A stretch of DNA of 64,000 nt from Octopus sinensis (GCF_006345805.1 NC_042998.1:173662001-173726000), one strand, 5' to 3'. Shown: positions 11,941 through 25,060, numbered from the stretch's first letter. Notes: a model not told the origin generated them from the sequence alone. Made by a program: numbers and translations.

Positions 11941-13008
11941 TCTATAAAGCTGGAATGCGAAAACGTTGTTTGATTTCTTGGTTATTTATCTCATTTTGGG
12001 ATGGGAACGGTTTAAGGGGCGGTAGATGGGGTCGGATTGGCGCCAAAATTTACACTGGGGGTAAAATTGGGTGAGCAATGGTGTGAGGATGGTTGCAAGT
12101 CGCTAGGGGCAACCGTTTGGTTGCCATGGTGAGGAGTATGGGAAATATTGAGTGTTATGGAATAGACAGGTTGCGCTTTTTGAATAAAGGTGACTTTTCG
12201 CGTTGCTGCAGGGGCTAGAGGCGGTTATTTTTAATCTTATCTATAAAATGAATAAGGCGAACGTTTATACAAATTGGATTTTTATGTAAAAGGGGGTCTA
12301 AATGGGGCTGGAAGAGGATTAAAATTTACAGGAGTTGGTAACTTGAGGTGGGAAATTGATTGAGAGAAGACGGGGATTTTATTGATTTTTGGGGACACTT
12401 GGGGGTCTAGACTGGACACCTTTTGCTCAATTTCAATCAAATTTTCAACATAGTAAAGTGGAAGTGGATTTGTAATTTAAACTTGAAAAATGGGTTCGAA
12501 ATTTTGAAAATTAAGGCAAGATTTTTGAAGTTGAAAAATATTTCTCACTTTTACGTATTTTTTGCTTTTTATTTTTACAGCTGCATGTAGCCCGTGTTTA
12601 GAGCTTTCATTTGCTTGGTCAATCGTCGAAAAATTCCCAAATTAAGTACTAAATTTCACAAAGAAATTCTTTTTTTCCTTAATTTTAATCGCTCAAATAG
12701 TGGCTCGTACGAAATGCAAGTGTGCTTTCCGTTGTCACTGCCTGACATTTATGATTGGCCTTTCAAAATATTTCTTTCTCAAATTACTCAAGATCTTTTG
12801 TTTTTTATAAATGGGAGAGAGATAGATAAAGATAGAGAGTAAGGGAAAGCGAGGGAGAGTCCGATAGAAAGGAAGAGTAAGAGAGTGGGAAAGTGAGAGG
12901 GAAAGGAGAAACAAAGAGGGAGAATGTGGCGATAAGAAACAGAAAGGAAGCAACAGAAAGTAACAGCCACACCCTCACCCGCGCGTAGAGCGGTTCACCT
13001 TAAGCTAG
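11941..13008 (+). mobile_element. Non-autonomous Helitron
   Basis: 3' hairpin CCGC-GCGTAGA-GCGG (12979-12993), 11 nt spacer, then CTAG|T. A candidate A|TCTATAAAGCTG 5' end lies at 11941; the 5' boundary is uncertain. Confidence 0.65.
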
Positions 13009-13602
13009 TCTATTTATATATTGGCAATACAATCCAAGTGCAGTAATAGACACATTCGCAATGGTTAACTTTATGTTGTAAATAAAGGAGTAGAAAATAG
13101 GAAAATTCAAAAGATAGTCACTTACTTTCGACGATATAATTTTCAATCGGGAAGTTTCTGTTTCATAATTGTAAATATAAATGGAAATATCCTATGTCTA
13201 ATATGCATTAAGCACGAAAACTGCAGGCTGACATTTATTCGGTAAATGTGATTACACGAAATATTACACGTCTACGAATTAGAAATGTGTTTCTTTTTAC
13301 AGAAGCCTATAAAATGAATGACTAAATGCGGTGTATAAAATATACAGGCCTGCTCTAGTCATGCCAACATGTCAACTGATAATAACTATGGATGGTATTG
13401 ATATATTTAAACCTAATGCCTAAGTCTTGTATTACTCTCCAGCATAGTTAATATCTAATATCCGCATACACGCATGTGTGTGTGTTTGTATATATGTGTG
13501 TGTGTATGTATGTGTATGTGAGTGTGAATGTGTGCGTATGTGTGTACATACGTATGTACATATATGTATGTATGTATGTATGCATGTAGGCATATATATA
13601 TA

Positions 13603-14605
13603 CAGTGTGTTCGGGCTAAATTTGACGATGTTTTATGTCTCGATTTTTTTTCAGGAACAGCCTGATGTATTGCTGAACAGCTGTCAATGGCGCTGGAGAG
13701 TATAGAAATTATTTGTAGTTGAGAAAAAGAGAGCTGATATGGAAGAAAGGAAATCATCTGAATATTGGTAAAGTGTCATATGTATAATGATGATTCATGC
13801 TGGTTATCAAAATGCTGATATCATAACTGCTGCTTAGTGCTCAGGGAACAATTTAAATGCTGTAAGACGTGACATGGACAGCCGCAATGGAAGTTATAGA
13901 GCTGTGGACAGCGGGAAAGGGCACAGCAGACGTTCTGACTTCCTCGGCACACCGGAATACATCAAACAAAAGCAGGACAAAGTGATATAAATTTTGACCG
14001 AGGGAATCCGGATTTGGCCAGAGAGATGGGTATTGGATTTGCCACCATGAAACTGATCTTGAATGAGGATATTCCCTAACACTCGTGCAAGAGACGTAAG
14101 AGAGAAATTCTGACACTCATGGTCAATGAGAACTGCTTGGTGAAGGCAAAGAAACAACCTGAGTTAAGTTATCCTTTTGAACCAGAGATGATCTGGTTCT
14201 TCTCAGATGAAAAGACTTGCCAGGAACAGTTGCAAAACATTCAGAAAATAGGTAGCTTACCTACAATCCTTGTAATGTTCCATGTATCATGGGAGCCAAG
14301 TTACCTCAAACTGTGAAACTGTGAGGATCTTTGTATGTCTCTTGCGAAAGTGACGTCATTCCGCCCACATCTCTGAACAGGGACTTCGTTCAATTCAGAC
14401 GGCTACGTGAAGCTTCTGGTGACTGCAGTCAAACTCTGACTGGCGACGATTACTGCTGGAAGACCATATGTATGGCAACAGAATCCAGTTTCTTGCCGTA
14501 CACCTCAAGACAGTAAGAAGTAGTTGTAGAAGAATTCTACGACTTCACCATCCCCAGTTATTAGCGTAATAATTCCTGCGATTGTAATCCCAACAATTAC
14601 TAGAG
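13603..14605 (+). mobile_element. 3'-truncated Tc1/mariner element, DD37D/maT-like
   Basis: TA|CAGTGTGTTCGGGCTAAATTTGAC terminus. Motifs WFFSDEK, YVWQQ and DCNP are present; the element is cut off by the adjacent SINE. Confidence 0.8.
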
Positions 14606-14616
14606 AAAGAGAGTGA

Positions 14617-14937
14617 AGGCGCGTGGCTTAGTGGTTAGGGGCATTCGGCTCATGATTGTAAGGTCTTGAGTTCAATTACCGTCGGCGCGTTTTGTCCTTG
14701 AGCAAGACACTTTATTTCACGTTGCTCCAGTTACTCAGGTGGCAAAAATGAGTAGCACCTACATTTCAAAGGGTTAGCATTGTCACACTCTGAGTCACGC
14801 TGAATCTCCCCGAGAAATACGTTAAGGGTACAAGTGTTTGTGGAGTGCTCAGTCACTTGGACGTTAATTTCACGAGCAAGTTGTACCGCTGATCGTATCA
14901 GCTGGGACCCTCGTCGTCGCAACCGACGGAATGCTCC
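14617..14937 (+). mobile_element. tRNA-derived SINE, family B
   Basis: A box TGGCTTAGTGG and B box GAGTTCAATT, then CCTTGAGCAAGACACTTTATTTCACGTTGCTCCAG. The head and core are shared with 43925-44170 and partly with 53010-53316. Confidence 0.8.
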
Positions 14938-14945
14938 TATAAATA

Positions 14946-15271
14946 GGTGCAGGTGTGGCAGTGTAGGAAGAAGCTTTCTTTCCAACCTCATGATTCCGAC
15001 TTCAGTCCCACTGCGTAGCACCTTCGGCAAGTTTCTTCTACTATAGCCTTTGGTAAACAGAAACTGAAACAAGCCTGTTGTATATGCGTGTGTGTGTGTG
15101 TGTTTGTGTATGTGTATATATTTATTTGCGTGTGTGTGTATGTGTTTGTCCCTCCACCATCGCTTGACAAACGACGCTGGTGTGTTTACAACCCCGTGAG
15201 TTAGCGTTTCGGCAAAAGAGACCGATAGAATAAGTGAAATGACTGAAACAAGTAAAAGAATAAAAGAATAT
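14946..15271 (+). mobile_element. tRNA-derived SINE, family A (decayed, internal deletions)
   Basis: Matches 42980-43400, including the internal (TG)n and the GACTGAAACAAGTAAAAGA tail. Confidence 0.8.
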
Positions 15272-17699
15272 AATATATACATACATACATAGGTATAAGT
15301 ATATTTGTATGTATGAATATATTATTTTAACTAGACACCACGAACTTAAGGATTTCTCTTAACTTCAGAATGAAATAACTTCGAGCAAGAGAAAATGTTG
15401 GAAACCATTTGTGAAGTTGATGGTTGTTATTCAATCAACAAAGCCGCATTTGCTTAAATATGACCAATAACTCGCAAATTTTCCGCTCGATCTTGTGATG
15501 TGTGTGTGTGTGTCAGCATGTATGTGTGCACGTGCACGAAAGGAGTCACCAATTCATTTGGCTGCAGAGACGGCCAGTGTGCATCTGCCTTACCATATTA
15601 AATTTATCACGGACAGGACACCCATCAGCAGATGGAAATCTTCCTTATTCACAAGCAATATAGTTCACATTCAAAGTGATTCAAGAGGTGAATGTAATAC
15701 TATATAGAACTCCAAACAGTATTTAGCAGATGATAGTGCAAGATGGCTTGATATTTGTGTAATACATTGTAAAATAAAACTAATAAATATTGTGTCAAGT
15801 AAATATTAATGTTACCCATCATAATCCACATGTGAGAGCTATAATTTTATAATTTATATTGTTTATGAATGTAATTATATTTCAAAATCCTGAAGCGGGG
15901 ACAACTGATCCGCTTCTTTTAAGTCCACTATTTTGAAATGTTCAACAAGGTGGTCAAGAGAACTAATATGCTATTTACTTTGATTGCGCATTCTCTCTTC
16001 ACTTTTATATCCCGGGGTGGGTTAGACAGATGTAATCACACATCTTTTATTAAGCCACGCATCATTTATAACTATACAACAACCATGCTCGCAGAATTAC
16101 GGTATCTTATGAATGTATAGATGCAATATACGTGTATATATGTTTCTGGAATGTCATATGATAAATGCATTATTTTTCAAGAGTAGTTACACTTGCAGTA
16201 AATTTATTTTTTTGCACTTGATATAAAATTAATGGTTGCAATTTTTTTTTACAAAATTTGCTGTAATATGGATATGTTGTACGAAATGGAGAAATGAACT
16301 ATACTCTGTTTTAAGGCCTTTTAAATCGAACCTAAAATATATTTTCGATATATGTTTGAGTTAAATACCGGAACAGTCATAGATAGGAGACCATTGATCA
16401 TACTTTTGCGATATGAATATATTTTATCAGCTCTGTAATCAAAAGCGTACCAGATTTTGGTCAGGTGATCAAAGATTGGAAAATGTTTGATCGCATTATT
16501 TACCTTGGGCTAAGGAACAGCGACATCAACAATAGCAACATGATTTAAAGGATTTCAAGTTTTATCAATCAAGTCTTTGCAATTCATTTGTGTCCGCTGA
16601 CTGGTTCCCAAGTACTTCTGGTAATTGCCCGAATCCTATCTCCAATATTTTATCATTTCAAAGGAAAATGATTTCTAACATTACGCCACATATTTTCAGA
16701 AAGAAGACTGTCAAAGCTAGTCACGATAAGAATTACGCACACAAATACACAACACATCCATAAATACGCACACACTCGCGCCTATGTATATTTATATTTA
16801 TTTACTGAAACTTTTGTATGTGAGCGTATATCAAAAATTATAATCGGTTAATTTAACTACAATTACTGAGCATTTTTACCGTTAGACAATTGCTATTCTT
16901 GTCATCATTTTAACATTAACATCGCTGAATTTGCGTCATATGCACAGGAAGCAGCATGAGAGATAACTTCTGGATTTTTATGAAGTAGAAACTTGTGTAC
17001 ATTTTATTAAAAAATTCGATATTCAATATAATAATTGAATTTGTAAAACATAGAACTGAAGTAGAAAAGCTACATGATTGAAATTGCTTGCCAATATCAA
17101 AAAAGATTAAAGAACATAAAACATATAAAGAGAAAAATCAGATCTAATTTATAAAATGATAAAATAGAATAACGTAATATATAATGGTCTGTGGTAATTC
17201 GAAAATAAGTAACATAGCTCTTGAAATAGAGAATAAATGATTATTCAAGTAAACTGGTGACCTGCCACATATCCAAAAAAAAAGATGGTAGTAATGTTGG
17301 CAATTTCAAAAAGCAGGAGCTCCATTAATCGCTTCAGAGTTTTGTAAATTGCAAACAATAGCTTGGATCGCGATGTATGAAGGACTTTTTATATTTTGTT
17401 TCATTAAGACACGGTCTGTATTTTTCTCGCTGTGCTCCACTTAGCCATTTTGCTCTATGTCGGTCGCTAGATATACTCTGAAATTATTGTAAATGTCTTT
17501 ATTTTTAAATGAGATGATATGGGTAACATATCTTCGGCCATCCTGATGTATTTTTTTATTGAATGCATACCTGAATATGTAAATACATAGCCATGTAAAA
17601 AATGTCAACAACTAAATATATACACGACGGTAAAGCGTTAACTGATAAAGATCTACATTCTCGTACTGTAGTTTACATATTAAATGCTTAAACAAGCTG

Positions 17700-17830
17700 T
17701 TGATACAGGGTCAGCATTTGTGGGGGATGGGGCAAGTCGATTACATCGATCCCAATGTTTAACTGATATTTACCTTATCGACCCGAAGGGATGAAAAATA
17801 AAGTCGGCCTCTGCGGAATATGAACTCAGA
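17700..17830 (-). mobile_element. SINE family C fragment
   Basis: AAGTCGATTACATCGATCCCA...TTATCGACCCGAAGGGATGAAA...AAAGTCGGCCTCTGCGGAAT.TGAACTCAGAACG. Confidence 0.75.
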
Positions 17831-17844
17831 ACGCAATAATAAAC

Positions 17845-17898
<54 letters not shown>

Positions 17899-17924
17899 TA
17901 ATAATAATAATAATAGTAATAATG

Positions 17925-17988
<64 letters not shown>

Positions 17989-18010
17989 TAATAACAACAA
18001 CAATAATAAC
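17845..18010. repeat. (TAA)n microsatellite
   Basis: Seen directly; it explains the poly-I/poly-L ORFs. Confidence 0.95.
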
Positions 18011-19034
18011 TAGCTGAACCCGTGAAAAATTCACAGAAAACATAAAAAATGTAAGCATCTCTAAACAGTATACTGGTGCCATGAGAAATGTTTCTAAACT
18101 ATGACCGTATGTCTATACATTTTGAGTTCAAATTCTGCCGAGATCGATATTTTCTTTCGTCTATTCGGGGGCGAAAAACTAAGTACCATTTGTGTACTTT
18201 ATATGACCGCCAACAACGGAGGGATCCCACCACAAGAGAGATACCACTTTGTGGGCATTTAGACCTCTGTGCACACAACAAGTCCCCCAAATTCCCAGTT
18301 TTCCCACTATACCAATGCCCTGACAACACCAATGCCCTGACAACACCAATGACCAAACTTAAATAAATAGGGAAAATAATCTTATTCAAAAATACAGACC
18401 ACAATTCAGCATACTCTAACATACCTTCCAGGTACACATCCAAAACAAACACATACAGATATACAAAATCACACACACACAACAACAATGCTAACCTCCG
18501 ACGCAAATACACACATGCACAAACACAATATCCTCACACACATTTCAAGACAAAAACACATGCATATATACACTTGCAATAGGATTCTAGCAACCATAAC
18601 CAACACTCACACACACATATACACATATGTAAACACACATGCACACACCTACAAAACATACACGCAACTACAACAACACTCACACAAACACACACGCATG
18701 TATGTACACCTGTACACACACACACACACACACACACAAAATACGCCCATACCCCAGTAATAAAATCACACACACACACTCAAAAGAAAAAACACACACA
18801 CTCACAATACAATCCTAACAACCATAACAAACACTCACAAACATACATACACACAAGCATGTACACACGCCACCTTGACAAATACAAGATACATAGACAC
18901 ACTCACAAAAACACACCCACACGTATACTCACACGGTGCACTAACAATACAAACAAAACAAATCACTCACAAATGCAGCACACACATGCGCACACACACA
19001 CACAACCGGAAACTACATAAACCATGCCCACATA

Positions 19035-19240
19035 GGCGCAGAAGTGGTTGTGTGGTAAGTAGCTTGTTTACCAACCACATGGTCCCGGGTTCAGTCCCAC
19101 TGCGTGGCACCTTGGGCAAGTGTCTTCTACTATAGCCTCGGGCCGACCAAAGCCTTGTGAGTGGATTTGGTAGACGGAAACTGAAAGAAGCCCGTCGTAT
19201 ATATGTATATATATGCGTGTGTGTGTTTGTGTGTCTGTGC
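19035..19240 (+). mobile_element. SINE family A 5' half (Pol III head)
   Basis: GGCGCAGAAGTGGTTGTGTGGTAAG (A box) and GGTTCAGTCCC (B box); near-identical to the head at 42980. Confidence 0.88.
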
Positions 19241-19328
19241 ACACATATACACACACCATCCTATCAAATATTTACATACAATATTTGCAAAGGCTTGGTA
19301 AGTATCACCGCTAGCGGGGACACGCTTC

Positions 19329-19374
19329 CCTGAACTGATGACGGGCAATACCCAGAAACATGCATGTATTCAGG
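19329..19374 (+). ncRNA. Type I hammerhead ribozyme (copy 1)
   Basis: CCTGAA-CTGATGA-C-GGG CAATA CCC-A-GAAA-CA TGCA TG-TA/TTCAGG. Stem I is 6 bp perfect, helix III is palindromic (ACATGCATGT) and the triplet is GUA. Confidence 0.85.
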
Positions 19375-19683
19375 TTGCTAGTCCTAGCTGATGGATGTGC
19401 TTCCCTCCCCTTTGCAAATATAAAGACACAGGAATTGTGTCAAAGCCAACAGGAAGCGACGTTGCTTCCTAGGGCTACATGGCGATGGTGTAATTCCCTC
19501 TACGGGACTGTCACGTTATGTTGACTTTATACAACCATTCTATCGCTCCGCCACCGCTCATGTCTCGTTGAGACATTTAGAAATTCAATATTTCTAATTA
19601 CGGCGACCAGTGAATAAATGTAACTGTAAATAGATATATTTGCAAAGGCTTGGTAAGTATCACCGCTAGCGGGGACACGCTAC

Positions 19684-19729
19684 CTTGAACTGATGACGGG
19701 CAATACCCAGAAACATGAATGTATTCAGG
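19684..19729 (+). ncRNA. Type I hammerhead ribozyme (copy 2)
   Basis: Same core. Stem I is CTTGAA/TTCAGG (one U.G), loop III is TGAA and the triplet is GUA. Confidence 0.82.
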
Positions 19730-19873
19730 TTGCTAGTCCTAGCTGGTGGGGGCGCTTGCCTCTCCTTTGCATATATAAGGACACAGGAAATGTGTCAAAG
19801 CCGAAAGGAAGCGTCGATTTTTTCTTAGGGCAATATAGCGGTGGTGTAATTCCCTCTACAAGACTGTCAAGTT

Positions 19874-19922
<49 letters not shown>

Positions 19923-20760
19923 ATATATATATGTATCTATACATGAATACAAAATATATAATTATATAAATATAATAAGAGCCCTAATGAGTAGCGCCAC
20001 ATGCTAGAAATAGAAACCAAATAGCTCCGAGAACCATATTATTTACTACATTGCCACGGGCTGAAAGCGAGGGCAGTGAACAAAAAAAGATTTTTTTAAA
20101 AGAGTGCTTAACCATAAATCAATTTCTACTTCAAGTATGTAACTCCCTTTACCGTCATCAGTATGGTACAACTCAATGTACATAACTATAAACATTTATA
20201 TGTACCCATATGAATATCACGTTTCCACAAGCGTGTAGTTTTTAAAGCCATTTGGCGTCTATTTCTAACATGTGGTACTTCTCATTCGTGTCCTTATTAT
20301 AATTATATAATTATATATTTTGTATTAATTTTTACCTATATGGTTTTATTACATGCTGGCTACTTGATAAAATCTTATAAAGATTTTATACTTGGTTATG
20401 TGCGTGCGTGTATCCGTGTATATGTGTGCTATGTGATTAACGCAACGTTCTTTCCTTCTTCAGTATTACTTATTTGAAATTATTGCTGAATATTTTGTCT
20501 GGAAATCATGATTCATTAATTTCAATCAATAAAGAAGTTCACTAATATGGTAAGTTCATGCGTTCTACTCATGAATGCTATTTGAAAACGGTAAAAGATG
20601 GATAATCATTTTGAAAAGGCAGAAACGTTCATGCCCCTGCAAAATAAATATCTTCGGGAGATATGAGTATATACACACATACACACACATAGGTGCACAT
20701 GTAGACACACACACATACACTCATATATAGATGGATAAATAGAAAGATAGATACATGCAT

Positions 20761-20801
<41 letters not shown>

Positions 20802-20883
20802 ATATATAGTTCCCAGATGAGATCCAGATTATACATAGATATATGTATGCATGTATGTATGTATGTATGTTTGTATATATATT

Positions 20884-20946
<63 letters not shown>

Positions 20947-21018
20947 TATACATGTATGGGTATGTATGTTTCTATGTATGCATGTATCCATACAAACATA
21001 CATATATGTGTGTAAGTA

Positions 21019-21062
<44 letters not shown>

Positions 21063-21639
21063 CAAAGCGCAATATGCATACATGTGTACATACATACATA
21101 TATACATACGTAAAAATGTACATAGATATGTACGCACATATGTACATGCATAGATATAATTACTTCATGACAGACTAAAGTGTTCGTGATTCAACAATAG
21201 AGAAAATTGATGAGGAAGCATGGAGAACTATTACATACATATTCTACACTTACTATTTCGTTTGTATTTTGTTAAATCGTGAAATTCTTTGAATTTCATC
21301 GCTATGAAATTCCCATTTTATAAGCATGAAACATGCTTGAATAAGTGAAAAATGTATTCCTTTACTTGTGCGAATTTCAGTTTTTAGAATTGTAAAGTTT
21401 CTTTTCACATGAGTATTGTACATATCTATGCTGTTTTTTATGTATTTCATAGAAAATTTGATACTGCAATAAATGTCACATTCTTGAAAATACATATCAT
21501 AAATCAAAAACAAACGCATGCAAAAATCACGTGTTCGGTTTTGGATAGACATGTAAATTTTGCTATCATTTATGCCACTGTATGTAAAGGAATGTGTCAA
21601 CGCCGGAACGAACTTAAACGATTTAATAAAATGCAAACT

Positions 21640-21860
21640 GAGGCGGTGAGTTGGCAGAAACGTTATCACGCCGGGCGAAATGCTTAGCTGTATATCACCT
21701 GTCTTCACGATCTGAGTTCAAATTCCGCCGAGGTCGATTTTGCCTTTGATCATTTCGAGGTCGATAAATTAAGTACTGGTTGTGTACTGGGGTCGATCTG
21801 ATCAACTGACCCGCTCCCCAAATATTTCGGGCCTTGTGCCTAGAGTAGAAATGAGTAAAA
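21640..21860 (+). mobile_element. SINE family C (near full length)
   Basis: AGGCGGTGAGTTGGCAGAAACGTTA...GAGTTCAAATTCCGCCGAGGTCGATTTTGCCTTT...GTCGATAAATTAAGTAC. Confidence 0.85.
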
Positions 21861-22700
21861 TGCAAATCGAGCTCTCCTGTTATACATATTCAATACTTTT
21901 CTATTTTGTATTTTCTCCAAACTGCAAACATTTTTATCGTTCATGGAGTAGGTATGTCAATACATCTGTCTATGTCTCTCAGTTTAACTGTTTACCTACC
22001 TACCTACCTACCTACTACCTACCTACCTACCTACCTACCTACCTACCTATCTATCTATCTATCTATCTATCTATTTATTTATTTATTTATCTGTCTGTCT
22101 ACCTGCATATGACTTTATACATTTATATGTGTGTGTGCCTGTGTGTGTGTGTCTCTCTCTCTGTTTGCATGTTTGTGTGTGTGTGTGTGTGTGTACCTGT
22201 GTGTGTGTGTACCTGTGTGTGTGTGTATTATAGATATAGATACATGCATACGACATAGCTTCTTTTAAATTTAAATACACACCCGTGTATAAACGTGACT
22301 GTATGGTAAGAAGTCTGTTGTGGATTCAGTGCCAGTGCATGGAAACGTGAGTGTATTCTACGATAGTCCCTGAGTGGATTTGGTTGTCAGAACCTGGAAG
22401 AAACCCATTGCATATACATGTGTATGCATGTGTGCCTATCTATTCATGTTTGTGGCCCAGCCCCAATTGACCACCGATTACGGGCTTTCTTTTTACTTCT
22501 CTGTAAATTGGTAAGACAATCGATAGAAGAATCAGTAATCCGTTACAACACTTAACTAGCATACCTAATCGTTTAGATCACCTGTCAGATAATCCCCATA
22601 CTTTGTATATATCTTCCTGTATGTATGTATGTATGTATGTATTGTATGTATGTATGTATGTATGTATGTATGTACATATATATATATAAGGCAATACAGA

Positions 22701-22743
<43 letters not shown>

Positions 22744-22759
22744 CATTGTTCCTTTGTGT

Positions 22760-22880
22760 TCCTTTCTGTGGAAGAGCGTCGGCTCGAAACGTTAAAGACT
22801 TTTTCAATTCCCCAGCATTATACTAATACATCTGTTTGTTTTCTATACCACCTGTCTTCGTCTTTTCTTTTGTGAATTCT

Positions 22881-22890
<10 letters not shown>
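22760..22890 (+). mobile_element. PLE-like terminal repeat fragment with a mutated HHR core
   Basis: CTGTGGA-A-GAGC GTCG GCTC-GAAACGTT, ending at (TA)n. Confidence 0.55.
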
Positions 22891-22926
<36 letters not shown>

Positions 22927-23839
22927 TATATATATGGATGGATGGATGGATGTATGTATGCATGTATGTATGTATGTATGTATGTATGTATGTATGTATG
23001 TATGTATGTATGTATGTATGTATGTATGTATAAATGTGCGAATATGTGCTTTGGGTGTCTCTGCGCATGCGCCAATGAGTGTGCGTGTGGTGTGTGTGTA
23101 TGTGGAATTCAATTCCTGATGGTCTGTGGATTTATGGATGCAGGCGAGTACGTGGTTTCGACGTGATTGTATAAGAAAGGGTTAAGTGAATTCATTATGC
23201 AGACAATATGTTTCTACTTTCTTTGATCCAAGTGCAAATGTCACCATAAAAGTCATTAAATGGTTGATCGTCGTTCTACAGTAAATGCTTTGGTGTATAT
23301 GAGAAATTACAACAAACTTTTTTTCGACTTCATTTTGCTTTGCTACTATTATTTTATTATGATTAATTGTTTTAGATCTTGCATGAAATATCACGAGAAA
23401 GCTTTAACTCTTCGGTCTGTTTACATATTGTAAACACGCCCAAATGAACACACTCTAAAATATTCATTGCGTCGATAGTGCTTTCATGACATCTGAAGAA
23501 TTGAAGGAGTGTAGGGAGATAATTACATATTTCCATATAAATATACATGGAAATATATAAATGTATTACATAATATTTGTGTGAGATGTGAAATAAATGG
23601 TATCAGATATTTACGTAACTCATTTGTTCGTTTAATCCCCATTTTAATTTTCCAGAAAGTTTCCGAGAACGATGTTCTCACTTTCTACGAGAGGAGACGG
23701 AGTAGATGTAGATGATCAGTATTCTACACTGAAGCAAATACGAGTACAGGTAGCCAGAGTCAATGCTGAAAATTCTGCAACTCTGTTAACTCTATTAAAT
23801 ATTTTTGCTTATATATAAAAAAGTTTTAAATGATGCAAC

Positions 23840-25060
23840 ATACACTCTTATGCAGACTGGCAATCAGAAAAGTGCGGAGGAATTTTCTTTTTTGATGCTC
23901 CTGGTATCACAGGTAAAATATTTGTAACAGCATCGCTTCTCTCTAAGGTAAAGCAACGAAAACAATTGCAGTTTGGCTTTGCTGCCACCATTCTCCCAAG
24001 AGGACGAACAGCTCATTCTGCTTTCATTTGCCGCTAAACCTGGTCACAAATGACAGTCCAATTTGTGGCATAAGCTAACCTTCAGGTTCAGCAGAAGTGT
24101 TGCGCCAATACCACCTGATCATTTCGGATGAATGCACCATGTCACATAGAGGTGCAATAAAAGCTCTTGATAAGACCTTACATGACATGAGAGACAACAA
24201 TAAATCTATGGGACGAGTTACATTAGTTTTAACAGGAGACTTCAGACAGATATTACCAGTCATTAAGAGACGAACAAGATCTGATGAGATAAAAGCATGC
24301 ACTAAGTGTTCACACCCTTAGAATAAAGTACAGAAATTCTCCTTCAATACTAACATGCTAGCTTTATTACATGAGGACCAATGTGCAGAGCAATTTTCAA
24401 CCTGGATTCTCCAATTAGGAAATGGGAAAGTACCATTTGATGGGTTTGGTGATAACAATTTGGCTCACAATTCTATCATATTGAATTCCCCAGCTGAAGT
24501 GAAGAACAGGGTACTTCCAGACTTAAGTAATAATTATAATTCACATAAATGGTTATGTGAAAGGGCAGTTCTTGCTCCAAGATATGAGGCAGTAGCAAGG
24601 ATTAACCATGAATTAATGAATAATATTCCAAAAGTTATCAAGGAGTACAGTTGATTGAGTCCTTCATCAAAATCAAGCTGTCCATTACCCAACAGAGTTC
24701 CTTAATTCTCTTGAGCCACCTGGAACTCCTCCACATAAACTTTTTTCTGAAGGTAGGAGTCTTAATAATGAATATAGGTCCACCTAAATTATGCAGTGGG
24801 ACATGGTTGATGGTGAAGACATTATCAACTAATATGATAGAAGCTACCATCATCATTAGATCTGCCTCGGGGGAAGAGGTTTTCATTCTAAGAATTCCAA
24901 TCAAACCAACAAACAATCCATTGGAATTCAAAGGAATACAATTCCGTCAACTTTCTTCGAAATGTCTATTAATAAAGCTTAAGGTCAGACTTTGAAATAT
25001 ACTGGCTTGCTTTTCTCATGGTCAACTTTATGTTGGTTCCTCTTAATGTTACCTCAGTAT
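23840..25060 (+). mobile_element. Helitron PIF1-helicase pseudogene fragment
   Basis: DAPGITGK (Walker A remnant), GRTAHS, IISDECTM, LTGDFRQILPV, WLCERAVLAP, KLCSGT.LMVK and FSHGQLYV, with stops and frameshifts. Confidence 0.93.

Larger units (their letters stand above)
19281..19875 (+). mobile_element. Retrozyme-like tandem repeat, about 1.65 units of 355 nt
   Basis: Direct repeat 19281-19520 / 19636-19875 with an HHR in each copy. Predicted cleavage sites are after 19368 and after 19723. No coding potential. Confidence 0.75.

Noticed and set aside
23140-23165. GAAAC-CAC-GTA on the minus strand
   Set aside because: No CUGANGA-like strand was found up- or downstream.
23656-23749. Possible 94-nt host exon (ttttccag|...|gtagcc) with one open frame
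   Set aside because: Weak donor, no recognisable protein, no partner exons, and it lies next to a Helitron relic.
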